Shown: positions 10,272 through 19,901, counted from the first letter of the stretch. The stretch is 64,000 nt of DNA from Minisyncoccota bacterium (GCA_041651395.1 JBAZJI010000001.1:635920-699919); one strand, 5' to 3'. The notes: generated from the letters alone by a model not told the origin. Numbers and translations: made by a program.

Positions 10272-13200
10272 TTAATCATTGACTACCGGTCTAGTAGGAG
10301 GTGGCAAAATAATACTACTCAAATTAATTAACTTACATTCCTCAAAATTTTTAACGTCGCTATATTTGTGCTCCTTATGCTTATAGGTAGTTTTCAAAAG
10401 ATAGCCCAATCTAAGCCCCTTAGAGTTTAAATATTGTTGCAATATATCTTTTTTAATCTCCAAAAATTGACCATGTGGTAGCGGTAAGTCATGATCATTT
10501 CGTTCTTTCAATCCCTCTAACCAATCGCTTATCGAGACAATGCCTTGATTATTCTTTTCGTAAATAATCTGATCCTCTTCTACCCTCAAAGATAAACCTT
10601 TTTGTAAATTAGGAGCCAAAAGAGAAAATGCGTGATAATCTCGGAAAAATTGCCAAAGAGATATTGTTAAATCTCTTACTCGAATAATTAGCGGATATAT
10701 CGTCAAATCGCCGATGATTCTTGGCTCCGTACGAATAGGGTAAAAATTTGGAAAATTGTCAATAAAATTAAAGGGGCGTTTCGCTTTTGAAGGAATTAAG
10801 ACGCCTGCGGAAGGAGCATCGATTAACTCTGCTGCAACATCTTCAGCTGTAGGGATATCGCAGCCAGAAACTTGATACGCAAAACCTATAAGAGAAAACG
10901 AATAAGCTGCATCATTACCATCCCAGCCACTACTTGGAGTGATAGCACCTTCGGCCAACAATAAACAAGAACTATTAAAGTGGTTTATCAAACTTTCAAT
11001 AGGGCTTTCCAAGCTAATTTGAGAAAGTACTGGATTATTATTTACTTTTAATTTAGGCCACCACCCTGGGGCTCTCCTTGGTTTAACTTTCCAAAGAGCT
11101 AGATCAATTGGTATAGTAGCGTAAGTATATTCTAGATAAAAATCTTCAGGAATAAGACCGGATTTAAAAAAGTATTGCAATACTCTAATGAATGCCGACC
11201 GATATGCTTCGCTTAATTTTGTAGACATACCAACAAGAGTTTCACCTCCGTCTCTCCCTTGAAAATATCCAAGATCAGCATTAAGTCCAATTTTATTCGC
11301 TGAGATTATTTCTTCAGAAGTAAAAGCCCATTGTCTAATAAAGTCTCTACCTCCGCGAGATTCAATTTCTTTAGCTCTATCGTGGTAGATGGGAGCTAAA
11401 AATCCCTTTATATGCTTTTGAAAAAAACTATTGATTTGATAAGCTTCCGGACAAGGATTTATATCCATGTGCCTAGGGAATTCAATATCTTTAATTTTAA
11501 TATTCATTTCCAGTGCTAATTCTTCAATAAGTTTATCTATTACAACAGAACCAATGGGTAGAGATTTGATAACTTCTTCAAAATTTATATATGACAAATC
11601 CGCTTTATTTTTTATCTGAATGGTCTTAAAAAATGGCAACATAGAAACCGCAACAACGCTTTCAAGTGACTGTTTTTTAATCCAATCCGTATATTTTTTA
11701 TATATCTCTTCTCGATGTTCTGATTGATAAAATAACCAAGCTAATGCGTTTGCTGCTTGTCCTCTGACTAAGGGACTTGGCCACAGCAACCTTTGTATTA
11801 ATAGATCAACTTCAGTGATATCTGAATGTTTATAGAAATCGGTTTCCCACACTGGCAAGGGTAATTTGATATCAGCCATTAATTGTTCCGAAAAATTTAT
11901 AGATGCTTCCGTGATAACTTCAGCGTTTTTTAAATCTTCAAATAAGAGAAAAAACTCCACTCCACGAGATAGGGGTATTGAGTGACCAATCTCATCTGAG
12001 CTTCGATTACCAAAAGCGATACTCTTTTTGAAAAATTCTAAATAACGATCAGGATATTTTTCTTTTAAAAATAACCATCTTTGTTGAGCCTTCTTTTTGT
12101 CAGTCCAATATCTAGACCATCCGTAGTCATTTGCCTGTGCTCGACATAAAAATTCGAATGCTTCTTCGTTGCTAAATTCATAGGCAAGGGGGTAAAGCAT
12201 ATCGAGTAATTCCCCAGAAATATCATGAATACCAATATTCGATACGATAGGAACCATTGCTCTAAAAACATTCTCTTTGTTATCTTGTTTTAACCAATAA
12301 GATAACCATCCTTGCAGATATTGATGTCGGCTCCATATATTTTCAAAAGAAAGTTCTTTTAATTTTGTTTCTAGTTGATCAGGTGCAACATCTGAAAAAT
12401 CGGCTTCTTTATATTTTTCGGTAAAGGATGAAGGCGTTTTAGGTTCTTCCGGATAATTAATATCGCCTAGATACTCTGTAATCATACGAAGTGATTGCTT
12501 GGCACCGTTATTCTCTTGAGCGATAATTTTTAGTTTCCCAAAATTTTCTTTATCAATAGCCGTTGCGCCCAAAGCAATCTCCTCTTTTTTGTCATAAGAC
12601 ATAGAACTAATTACTCTTTTAAACAAATCCTGAGCATGGAACAACTCCTCGTTGTTAGCAGAAGCATAATAATCTCTATATAGGGCCGGCCTATTATATT
12701 TTCCTAAAATCTCAGCCAGTTCTAACAGGAGATAATTGGTTTCATCTCCATCGGTGTAATCGGTAACACTTTCAATTATCGAACCTATTCTCTGAATCCA
12801 TGTATTAATTTTTTCTTTTGATGTTCCGAACGACCCACAGAAATCTATCGATTCAAGAACCTCAAACAGATAAACATCTTTGTGATAACCGTATCCGAGT
12901 AAATTATCTGAAGCACTTAATAAAAGCTCTTTTGCGATTTTATTATCATTTTGTAATCGCGCCAAGGAAGCCAGATCAGTATAAGCAACGGTTCTATCTG
13001 GAAAGTAGGTTACTAAATCTTTCGCCTTGCTTATCCGTTGACTAATAAAAAGTCTATATGCATCGTTCGACAAAATAGCTTTATCTTTGCTTATTAAAAA
13101 TTCTAGTAAGTCATTTTCTGAATAAAAAGGCGTACTACAAATAATTTTTAAGTTATCCGTATTTATATCTTCGACATTGTTAAGTACTCGTTTAATAACG

Positions 13201-16199
13201 AATATTATTTCAAGTGCTTGTGATAATGCTCTTGAAAGCCCTACTTGCAAGTCTAACTGATCACGGTCATCGGGCCATTGTAATTTTTCTAATTCTAAAA
13301 ATGGAGCAAACAAATCCTCATAGTTAACACGAGATTCTTTTTTAATACTATTCGAAATTCGCAGGGTTGCCTTAAAAATTGCCGACAAAGCTTTAGCGCA
13401 CCAAATATCTGGTCCGTTGTTATTCCAATCCTCAATATCTTTTTCATGTCCATTCAGGCCATATAATAAAACTGTAAAAAAACAATCGTAAAAAAAATCT
13501 GTCCATTTTTGTCTTTCACTAGAGCTAAACTCGGGAACTTTTGTTGGGAGAGAGTCATAGGACGGAAGTATGGGAAGACTTCCCTTAAAATTACCCCTAA
13601 ATGTCTGAAATACATAAACCGAAAGAGATGAATTTTGTTTATAAAATTCATCGAAATTATTAGCATCATGCTCTAAATCATAAATAATACATTGGTCAAG
13701 TACCGCTACTTTCTCTGCCGAAGTAAGTTCAAAGCTTAGCAGTTTTTTAGTTTTCTCAAGCTGATCAAGAACCAAAAGCTGCTTCGAATAAATACTAAAA
13801 AGATCGGGCGTCCAACCAAGATCATCAAATTGTTTTATATATTTATAAATTCTGTCTACCTCGTGTGTACGATCATATGGTATCGTCTTTAGTAGTGCGC
13901 GTGATACTGATGGCATACTGCTTCCATCGCCCTTTCGTCTGTATTCCTGCCCATGCTGGCGATCGACAAGCTCATCAATAATTTCTTCGATCATTGTGAA
14001 GTCCCCCCTATTATTAGCCAAAGATGCTAAGACTATAAGGTTTGGGGTTGATGTATAAATAATTTCTACATCATCTAACGCTTCTTTGTTCAATTGGATG
14101 GCTTCTGAAAATATTCTCTGGCATCCCTCTTCGACAAAATTAGCCGAATTGAGGTAATAGGTACGAAGATGTGAGAGTGAAAGAACTTTTGCAAAGTCAT
14201 CTTTCTCAAAAGCTGCTTGAGAGGCTAAAATTAATTGCGCATTAATCTGATAAGAATTTCTAGGATGAGAAATAGATTCAAGTAACCATTGCCGATCCAG
14301 CTCAAGAATGGGTTCTGAATCGCCTAGTTCATACTTGATTTTCCTTAATTCTGCCCATTTTAAGGTCTCGTGAGAACTAGTTTCTAACCATTTTTCAATG
14401 TTCTTTTTTAATGTAATTTTTTGCTCTTCAAATGTTGATTGACTTAAAAGAAAGACTTGGAAGCTATTGTGATATACTGTGAGACGATTTTTCCTATCCT
14501 CTCTGATTAAATGTTGAATGGATTGAAATGATTGAGAAATATCAACTGGGTGATTCTCGAAGGAAGATACACATTCTAATAATTGCGTTCTTTTAAAAAC
14601 AAAATTCACACTCGCGAGCGTAAAAAGAACCATCTTAGCTTTATCAGCCAATTGTTTCCACAAAGCATTGTAGTAATTAGAGATGTCTCCACCATAAGGC
14701 ACAATACTATCAATAGCATATTCCGTAACTAATCCAGCATTATGTTTTATTTTTAGTTCGCTTAATAAATAGCGAAGGTGAAGTTGGTTACCTTGAGTAA
14801 CTTTGAACGTTTTTTCTATAAACGCAGGCAATCCATTTTCATTGTCCGGCAAGTTAAGATTAATACAATTCTTGTTTATGATTTTCTTTACAGCATCGCG
14901 ATTAAATCCTAACATTTCTATCCACGTGTCCGATGGACATTTATCGAGAATGATTCCCGAAAGACAATCAGACACACCAGGCTGTGTTCCAAGTATTATC
15001 CATAATCCTGGCTGAGGGAAGCAAACATTTTGAAGAAACTTTTTCAGTTCTTCCTTATCAGCATTTCTTATTACGTGATCTAAGCCATCTATAATCAAAA
15101 CGAATGTCCGCTTTTTTGTTTTCATCCGGGAAGCAAGTGCATCAATATATTCTCTAGGAGAAATATTTTCGGAGTTTTTGTAAGCTAAATCTCCTAGCTC
15201 ATCTGGGTATTGTTTAAATTGTGCCTTTAGTGCCTCAATAACTCTCTCTGAATTTAATCGCTCTTGCGGATTACTATCCTCCGGAGACAAATGGTAATGA
15301 TGTTTTATCGTTATTATCTTTTGTTCAGACAGGACCTGATATAGCTTAGAAAGGTAAACACTTTTACCCGTACCTGGTTTACCGGTAATAATTTTTATTC
15401 CACCATTTGGATTATTAAGCTCTTTTATAATATTTTCGTGAACTTGTTCATCAAAAAATTGAAAATCTTCTGGGATAAAAAAATCTTCCTTAAGCGGTTG
15501 CGGATCATCAAACTCACACCACAATCTTAATTGCTCAAGAGATAAGGGTTGAGTTTGATTACTTCTACATTCTTTATGGATTTGCAGTAATAGATTGTTT
15601 ACTCCGCTTTCTGTAGCCCGTAGATTATTTAAAAAATAATTTTTTACCTGCTCTTCTAATTCCGAGAAATCGGGCTCTTTAAATTTAAAGTTGAATGAAG
15701 AAAAAAAATTTGAAATACGCTCGTCACTGCCTAGTTGATTTAGAATCTTTTGATATAAATCTGTATTTTGTTCCTTAAGTTTTGTAAAGTTGATTTTGCC
15801 ATTTTCTAAAAAATTAGCTACATCTTCTCCTGCTATCGCATTAGTAATTAAACATGCGCATTCAATTGCTTGGGGCTTAAGTTTATTTAATGACTGCTCC
15901 CATTTTTGAATCATTGAAGACCTATTACCAGTAGAGGAGAGAAAATCATCCCATGTCCAAGCGTTCTCTACTTTTTGTCTATGTTTAATTTGATAAAGAC
16001 GGTAAGATTTTTGTGCATTAGTAAGAATGATATCATCCAAATAAAAACGTTCAGCGCCAATCTCTTCTGGTGTCGTTTCAAATTGTAGTTGAGAATAAGA
16101 AGACGGACTGTTTAGCCAATCACCACAAAACTTAAGACCCCACCAGTCTTGGTAATCAAATCCTCCCCTGATTGAACTTGTTGGATTTATTTTTGACAT
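10272..16199 (-). CDS. giant STAND/NACHT-type NTPase with N-terminal Cap4-like (DUF4297-type) nuclease domain
   Basis: The N-terminus has GGFDYQ...LDDIIL...YQIKH (a DUF4297/Cap4-style PD-(D/E)xK variant). Walker A is ITGKPGTGKS (aa 271-280). The NACHT-like Walker B is FVLIIDGLDH. About 1600 aa of unassigned C-terminal sequence follow. Confidence 0.7.
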   Translation of the reverse strand: MSKINPTSSIRGGFDYQDWWGLKFCGDWLNSPSSYSQLQFETTPEEIGAERFYLDDIILTNAQKSYRLYQIKHRQKVENAWTWDDFLSSTGNRSSMIQKWEQSLNKLKPQAIECACLITNAIAGEDVANFLENGKINFTKLKEQNTDLYQKILNQLGSDERISNFFSSFNFKFKEPDFSELEEQVKNYFLNNLRATESGVNNLLLQIHKECRSNQTQPLSLEQLRLWCEFDDPQPLKEDFFIPEDFQFFDEQVHENIIKELNNPNGGIKIITGKPGTGKSVYLSKLYQVLSEQKIITIKHHYHLSPEDSNPQERLNSERVIEALKAQFKQYPDELGDLAYKNSENISPREYIDALASRMKTKKRTFVLIIDGLDHVIRNADKEELKKFLQNVCFPQPGLWIILGTQPGVSDCLSGIILDKCPSDTWIEMLGFNRDAVKKIINKNCINLNLPDNENGLPAFIEKTFKVTQGNQLHLRYLLSELKIKHNAGLVTEYAIDSIVPYGGDISNYYNALWKQLADKAKMVLFTLASVNFVFKRTQLLECVSSFENHPVDISQSFQSIQHLIREDRKNRLTVYHNSFQVFLLSQSTFEEQKITLKKNIEKWLETSSHETLKWAELRKIKYELGDSEPILELDRQWLLESISHPRNSYQINAQLILASQAAFEKDDFAKVLSLSHLRTYYLNSANFVEEGCQRIFSEAIQLNKEALDDVEIIYTSTPNLIVLASLANNRGDFTMIEEIIDELVDRQHGQEYRRKGDGSSMPSVSRALLKTIPYDRTHEVDRIYKYIKQFDDLGWTPDLFSIYSKQLLVLDQLEKTKKLLSFELTSAEKVAVLDQCIIYDLEHDANNFDEFYKQNSSLSVYVFQTFRGNFKGSLPILPSYDSLPTKVPEFSSSERQKWTDFFYDCFFTVLLYGLNGHEKDIEDWNNNGPDIWCAKALSAIFKATLRISNSIKKESRVNYEDLFAPFLELEKLQWPDDRDQLDLQVGLSRALSQALEIIFVIKRVLNNVEDINTDNLKIICSTPFYSENDLLEFLISKDKAILSNDAYRLFISQRISKAKDLVTYFPDRTVAYTDLASLARLQNDNKIAKELLLSASDNLLGYGYHKDVYLFEVLESIDFCGSFGTSKEKINTWIQRIGSIIESVTDYTDGDETNYLLLELAEILGKYNRPALYRDYYASANNEELFHAQDLFKRVISSMSYDKKEEIALGATAIDKENFGKLKIIAQENNGAKQSLRMITEYLGDINYPEEPKTPSSFTEKYKEADFSDVAPDQLETKLKELSFENIWSRHQYLQGWLSYWLKQDNKENVFRAMVPIVSNIGIHDISGELLDMLYPLAYEFSNEEAFEFLCRAQANDYGWSRYWTDKKKAQQRWLFLKEKYPDRYLEFFKKSIAFGNRSSDEIGHSIPLSRGVEFFLLFEDLKNAEVITEASINFSEQLMADIKLPLPVWETDFYKHSDITEVDLLIQRLLWPSPLVRGQAANALAWLFYQSEHREEIYKKYTDWIKKQSLESVVAVSMLPFFKTIQIKNKADLSYINFEEVIKSLPIGSVVIDKLIEELALEMNIKIKDIEFPRHMDINPCPEAYQINSFFQKHIKGFLAPIYHDRAKEIESRGGRDFIRQWAFTSEEIISANKIGLNADLGYFQGRDGGETLVGMSTKLSEAYRSAFIRVLQYFFKSGLIPEDFYLEYTYATIPIDLALWKVKPRRAPGWWPKLKVNNNPVLSQISLESPIESLINHFNSSCLLLAEGAITPSSGWDGNDAAYSFSLIGFAYQVSGCDIPTAEDVAAELIDAPSAGVLIPSKAKRPFNFIDNFPNFYPIRTEPRIIGDLTIYPLIIRVRDLTISLWQFFRDYHAFSLLAPNLQKGLSLRVEEDQIIYEKNNQGIVSISDWLEGLKERNDHDLPLPHGQFLEIKKDILQQYLNSKGLRLGYLLKTTYKHKEHKYSDVKNFEECKLINLSSIILPPPTRPVVND

Positions 16200-16291
16200 T
16201 AATTTTTCACTAAATTATCCACACTTCCATTTTCGTAAGATTTTCGGTATACTATAAATATATCACTTAGTTTTAAAAACATCAATCCATT

Positions 16292-17890
16292 ATGCCTATA
16301 CCAATTACAAAAAGACAAAAAGAAGTCCTAGACTTCATTAAGGGGTTCGTAAAAAAGAAGAAATACCCCCCAACCCTAGAGGAAATATGTAGTGGGCTCA
16401 AGCTTTCCGCTGTATCTACCGCTCATCAACACATTGAAGCTCTTGCTGAAAAAGGATACTTAAAAAAGTCTGGCAATAATGCCCGGTCAATTGACGTGAA
16501 CGAACCAGAAACAATGATTAAGATTCCTCTGCTCGGAACAATTGCGGCCGGAGAACCGATTGAAGCAATCCAGCAAAATGAATTTATTGCTGTGCCTAAA
16601 ACAAAATTACCGGCGCATGGTGAAGTTTATGCCCTTCGAGTAATCGGTAACAGTATGATTGACGAAAATATTAACGATGGAGACATTGTCCTGGTTAAAC
16701 ATCAGAGCACAGCCGAAAACGGCCAAAAAATTGTCGCGCTTATAAACAATCAAGAAACTACCTTAAAAAAATTCTATAAAGAAAATGGCCGCATACGTTT
16801 GCAACCGGCAAATAAAGCCATCGAACCTATTATTTTAGAAAGGGGGACTCCATTGGCTATCCAGGGAATAGTTTTGGATGTGATAGAAAGCCAACCGGGA
16901 ACAGAGGCTTCAAATAAACAAGAAATAAAAAAAGAAGCTGGACAACAACCTCTTTCACTATCACAAAAGAAAATCAAGATCGCTCACAAACCAACCACGG
17001 ATGCCGATGTGATACTTTTTCATGGCGATCGGCTTGATCTTATGAAGGGCTTACCTGATAAATCTGTAAAACTTGTCGTCACTTCACCGCCATACAACAT
17101 TGGCAAAGAATACGAAAAAAGAAAAGATTTAGATTTGTATCTGGCCGAACAAGAAGAAACTATAAAAGAAGCTATCCGTATTCTTACTGATGATGGCAGC
17201 ATTTGTTGGCAGGTTGGAAATCATATCGGCAAAGACGGTGAGGTCTTTCCGCTCGATGCGCTCATTTATGCTATAGGGAAAAAACTAGGTCTTAAATTAC
17301 GAAATAGAATTATTTGGCGATTTGGGCACGGCTTACATTGCACAAAAAGGTTTTCAGGACGACACGAAACAATAGTTTGGTTTACCAAGGGCGATAATTA
17401 TACTTTCAACCTTGATCCTGTCCGCGTGCCCCAAAAGTATCCAGGCAAAAAGAATTTTAAGAAAAATGAAAAGTATGGAACATTATCAGGCAATCCCCTA
17501 GGAAAGAACCCCGAAGATGTGTGGGATATACCAAACGTCAAAAATAATCATCCGGAGAAAACAAATCATCCATGCCAGTTTCCAATTGAGCTTATAGAGC
17601 GTTTGATTTTATCCATGACCAACCCGGGAGATGCTGTACTTGATCCGTATTTGGGCGTAGGGAGCGCAATTTGCGCCGCGGTGATTCATAACCGCAAAGG
17701 ATATGGATCGGACATTATGAAGGGATATTTGGATACTGCTGAAGAAAGAGTCAAAGCAGCTGCAAACGGCACATTAAATCGCCGGATGATGGGAACACCG
17801 GTTTATCAACCAACCAGCAATGTAAAGCTTGCTGAATTACCAGATGAGTTTAAGAAAGCTCGTGAGAGTCTATTTGGGCCCGGGCTTTGA
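16292..17890 (+). CDS. LexA-like self-cleaving repressor fused to a beta-class N4/N6 DNA methyltransferase
   Basis: aa 1-~197 is a full LexA architecture: wHTH (TKRQKEVLDFI...YPPTLEEI...HIEALAEKGYL), cleavage motif IAAGEP, GNSMID (Ser), TTLKKF (Lys). aa ~240-532 has motif IV TSPPYN before motif I DPYLGVGS. Confidence 0.85.
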   Translation: MPIPITKRQKEVLDFIKGFVKKKKYPPTLEEICSGLKLSAVSTAHQHIEALAEKGYLKKSGNNARSIDVNEPETMIKIPLLGTIAAGEPIEAIQQNEFIAVPKTKLPAHGEVYALRVIGNSMIDENINDGDIVLVKHQSTAENGQKIVALINNQETTLKKFYKENGRIRLQPANKAIEPIILERGTPLAIQGIVLDVIESQPGTEASNKQEIKKEAGQQPLSLSQKKIKIAHKPTTDADVILFHGDRLDLMKGLPDKSVKLVVTSPPYNIGKEYEKRKDLDLYLAEQEETIKEAIRILTDDGSICWQVGNHIGKDGEVFPLDALIYAIGKKLGLKLRNRIIWRFGHGLHCTKRFSGRHETIVWFTKGDNYTFNLDPVRVPQKYPGKKNFKKNEKYGTLSGNPLGKNPEDVWDIPNVKNNHPEKTNHPCQFPIELIERLILSMTNPGDAVLDPYLGVGSAICAAVIHNRKGYGSDIMKGYLDTAEERVKAAANGTLNRRMMGTPVYQPTSNVKLAELPDEFKKARESLFGPGL

Positions 17891-18544
17891 CCCGTTGTAT
17901 TTGCGAAGTTTTATTTTTGCTAGAGCCTCTGTTTTATTTGTTTTGAAAAGCTCTCTAAGAGTTTGGGATTTTGTTTTTTCTTCATCGGTCAAGCCGATAC
18001 TTAAAACGAATACCGGAATATCAATATTACTTTCTCCTCGATTCTCAAAATCAACAAGTAGCTGTTCAAATGAGGAAACGCCGGTAGACATCAATTTTAC
18101 TAGCTCACTACTAGGCACGATCTCTATTCCGCATTCGATATATTTGAGATTTTTGAAAATGATCATCTTAGAAAAAATGTCATAGCCCATAAAGGCGTAT
18201 TTGCCGAATTGAATTTCCAGCCCAACCTTATTTTTTATTCCATCCATTTCGCGGAATCTGCCTTTGCCAAAAGCATGGCGTGGTTCAACAAAATCTCGTT
18301 TCTTACCGTCTTTTGATTTCTCGGTCCAACCCTTTTTGTGAAGCTCGTGTTTTAAATAATCATTCATGTCCACCGGCGAGAAAAGAACCTGTCCTTTTTT
18401 AGTTTTTTCTTTGCTCTCCTTCGTTAAACAAATAGTGCTATCCAAGGATTTTATTGCATTAAAAACTTCCTGAAGTTCTTTCGGGTGTTTTTCCTTGAGA
18501 AATTTCTCTCCGCCCTTAAATGAATAAGTATTGATAATCTTCAT
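17870..18544 (-). CDS. type II restriction endonuclease, BglII/BamHI-fold-like
   Basis: EMDGIKNKVGLEIQFGKY parallels the BglII D-x9-E-x-Q catalytic segment. IECGIEIVPSS and DIPVFVLSIG parallel later BglII strands. Convergent with the MTase, with a 21-nt overlap. Confidence 0.55.
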   Translation of the reverse strand: MKIINTYSFKGGEKFLKEKHPKELQEVFNAIKSLDSTICLTKESKEKTKKGQVLFSPVDMNDYLKHELHKKGWTEKSKDGKKRDFVEPRHAFGKGRFREMDGIKNKVGLEIQFGKYAFMGYDIFSKMIIFKNLKYIECGIEIVPSSELVKLMSTGVSSFEQLLVDFENRGESNIDIPVFVLSIGLTDEEKTKSQTLRELFKTNKTEALAKIKLRKYNGSKPGPK

Positions 18545-18939
18545 AATTCTATCTAAATTAAAAATCCCTTATAACTACAGAATATCAGAGAAATAGAAAA
18601 AAATCTATAACTAAGTTTTTTGTCAGCTTTTGTCAGATTGATTTATCCACATAGGGCCCTATTGACGGCAGCCTTTATGGTCCGCTATTATGGACCTGTA
18701 AGATAGGAGTTTGCCTGACGGCGTTCCGATTTATCGGAACTAAGTGAGACGGGGCTACGACTTCTGTCATTAAGCACTACGTGTTTTTTGCTTGATGATT
18801 AGAAGTGGTAGCCCTTTTTTGTTTGTATAAATTAATTTAATACCCTTCTGAGGCAATCGCCTGGATAGGACATACATTTTGATAAGACGAGATTAGAGGC
18901 TAGCTCCCAGTTGGGGCCAGCCTTTTATGTTGCCCCAAG

Positions 18940-19389
18940 GTGACCCAGGAGAAAGCCAAGCTTCAGGAACTTTTAAATGACACTGACAATCGCGTAGACA
19001 GCTGGCTTGATGTTGCAAACCGGGTCATTAGATTCTCTGAAGACGCAAAAGAAGCATTCGAAAACAAAGGACTTCAGGCCAAAAAAATCATTCTGGCCGG
19101 CCTCGGTTCGAACCTCCTCTTAAAGGACAAAATACTTGAGATTGACGTACAAAATGCACTTCTGCCCATGCAACTCGTCTCTTCCGGGGCGAAAATAAAA
19201 ACAAACCGGTTAGAACCAGTCAAAGTGAGCCTAAATAAAGAGAAAAGCAGAGCTTTTGGCTCTGCTCATCCCATATGGCTCGCCCTACTCAACGATTTCC
19301 GAACTTTTGACTGGGCAAGCGAATACAAATATCCGACCGTAGTTTTAGACCAAATGAAAGAAATGCTGGCCAAGTACGAGAATGTATAA
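18940..19389 (+). pseudogene. C-terminal remnant of a large serine recombinase (N-terminal ~400 aa missing)
   Basis: LGSNLLLKDKILEIDVQNALLPM...LEPVKVSLNKEKSRAFGSAHPIWL aligns with the C-terminus of the intact recombinase (LFSNPIINGKKVEISYQKAFKMV...FEPPKEPVNKEKSRAFGSAHPIWL). No catalytic domain lies upstream. It only has a GTG start. Confidence 0.6.
19232..19281 (+). repeat. 50-bp direct repeat, left copy (attL of island B)
   Basis: taaataaagagaaaagcagagcttttggctctgctcatcccatatggctc is identical to 36903-36952. Confidence 0.9.
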
Positions 19390-19566
19390 CCCGTTCTTGC
19401 CCCGTGTTTGCCCGTGTGGCGAGCGGTTCGACCGGAGTAAGAGATTTGCACCAATCCAGAAACCCGAAACGATTATGAACGAGTTTTGAGACTTTAAAAC
19501 GATTTGCTTAACTTCGGAAAAGTTAAGCAAATATGACTCCGCTGGACTTGTTCCGAGGGCAAGCGT

Positions 19567-19887
19567 ATGTTCTTGCTTGCTATGGAGGACGATGACATTG
19601 AGGCGATCCTTCGGGACGCTAAAAACATAAGAATGCCACATCGACGCGGATCATTTAATCCGTTATCTTCACTTCCGGAACCAAAAGCCAAGATCAAACA
19701 AGCGATCAAGGAACGAATAAGACTCTTGGTCGGTGCTTATATCTCGCTGGCTGGGTTTGTGGACGATGACGATATCCGGTTTGCCGAGGATAATCCAAAG
19801 TCAAAGAAAACTCGAGCAATATATCTCAAAGTGCTCGAGGATATGGAAACAGCCCAAAAAGAAATGCGAGAGTTTAAGATTTTATAA
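19567..19887 (+). CDS. hypothetical protein
   Basis: 106-aa ORF at the left end of island B, acidic and Lys-rich. No family recognised. Confidence 0.35.
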   Translation: MFLLAMEDDDIEAILRDAKNIRMPHRRGSFNPLSSLPEPKAKIKQAIKERIRLLVGAYISLAGFVDDDDIRFAEDNPKSKKTRAIYLKVLEDMETAQKEMREFKIL

Positions 19888-19901
19888 GTCTTTTTCGCTT
19901 G

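Larger units (their letters stand above)
9971..19231. mobile_element. decayed integrated island A (STAND nuclease, LexA-MTase/REase, recombinase remnant)
   Basis: The left edge carries tRNA-Asn 3'-end copies. The right edge is a truncated serine-recombinase 3' fragment. The cargo is defence-type and looks more AT-rich than the flanks by eye (not computed). Confidence 0.4.

Noticed and set aside
16215-18651. Two perfect DnaA boxes considered as a replication origin.
   Set aside because: There are only two boxes, 2.4 kb apart and separated by coding sequence. No AT-rich unwinding element or dnaA/dnaN context is present. They are reported only as possible regulatory sites.
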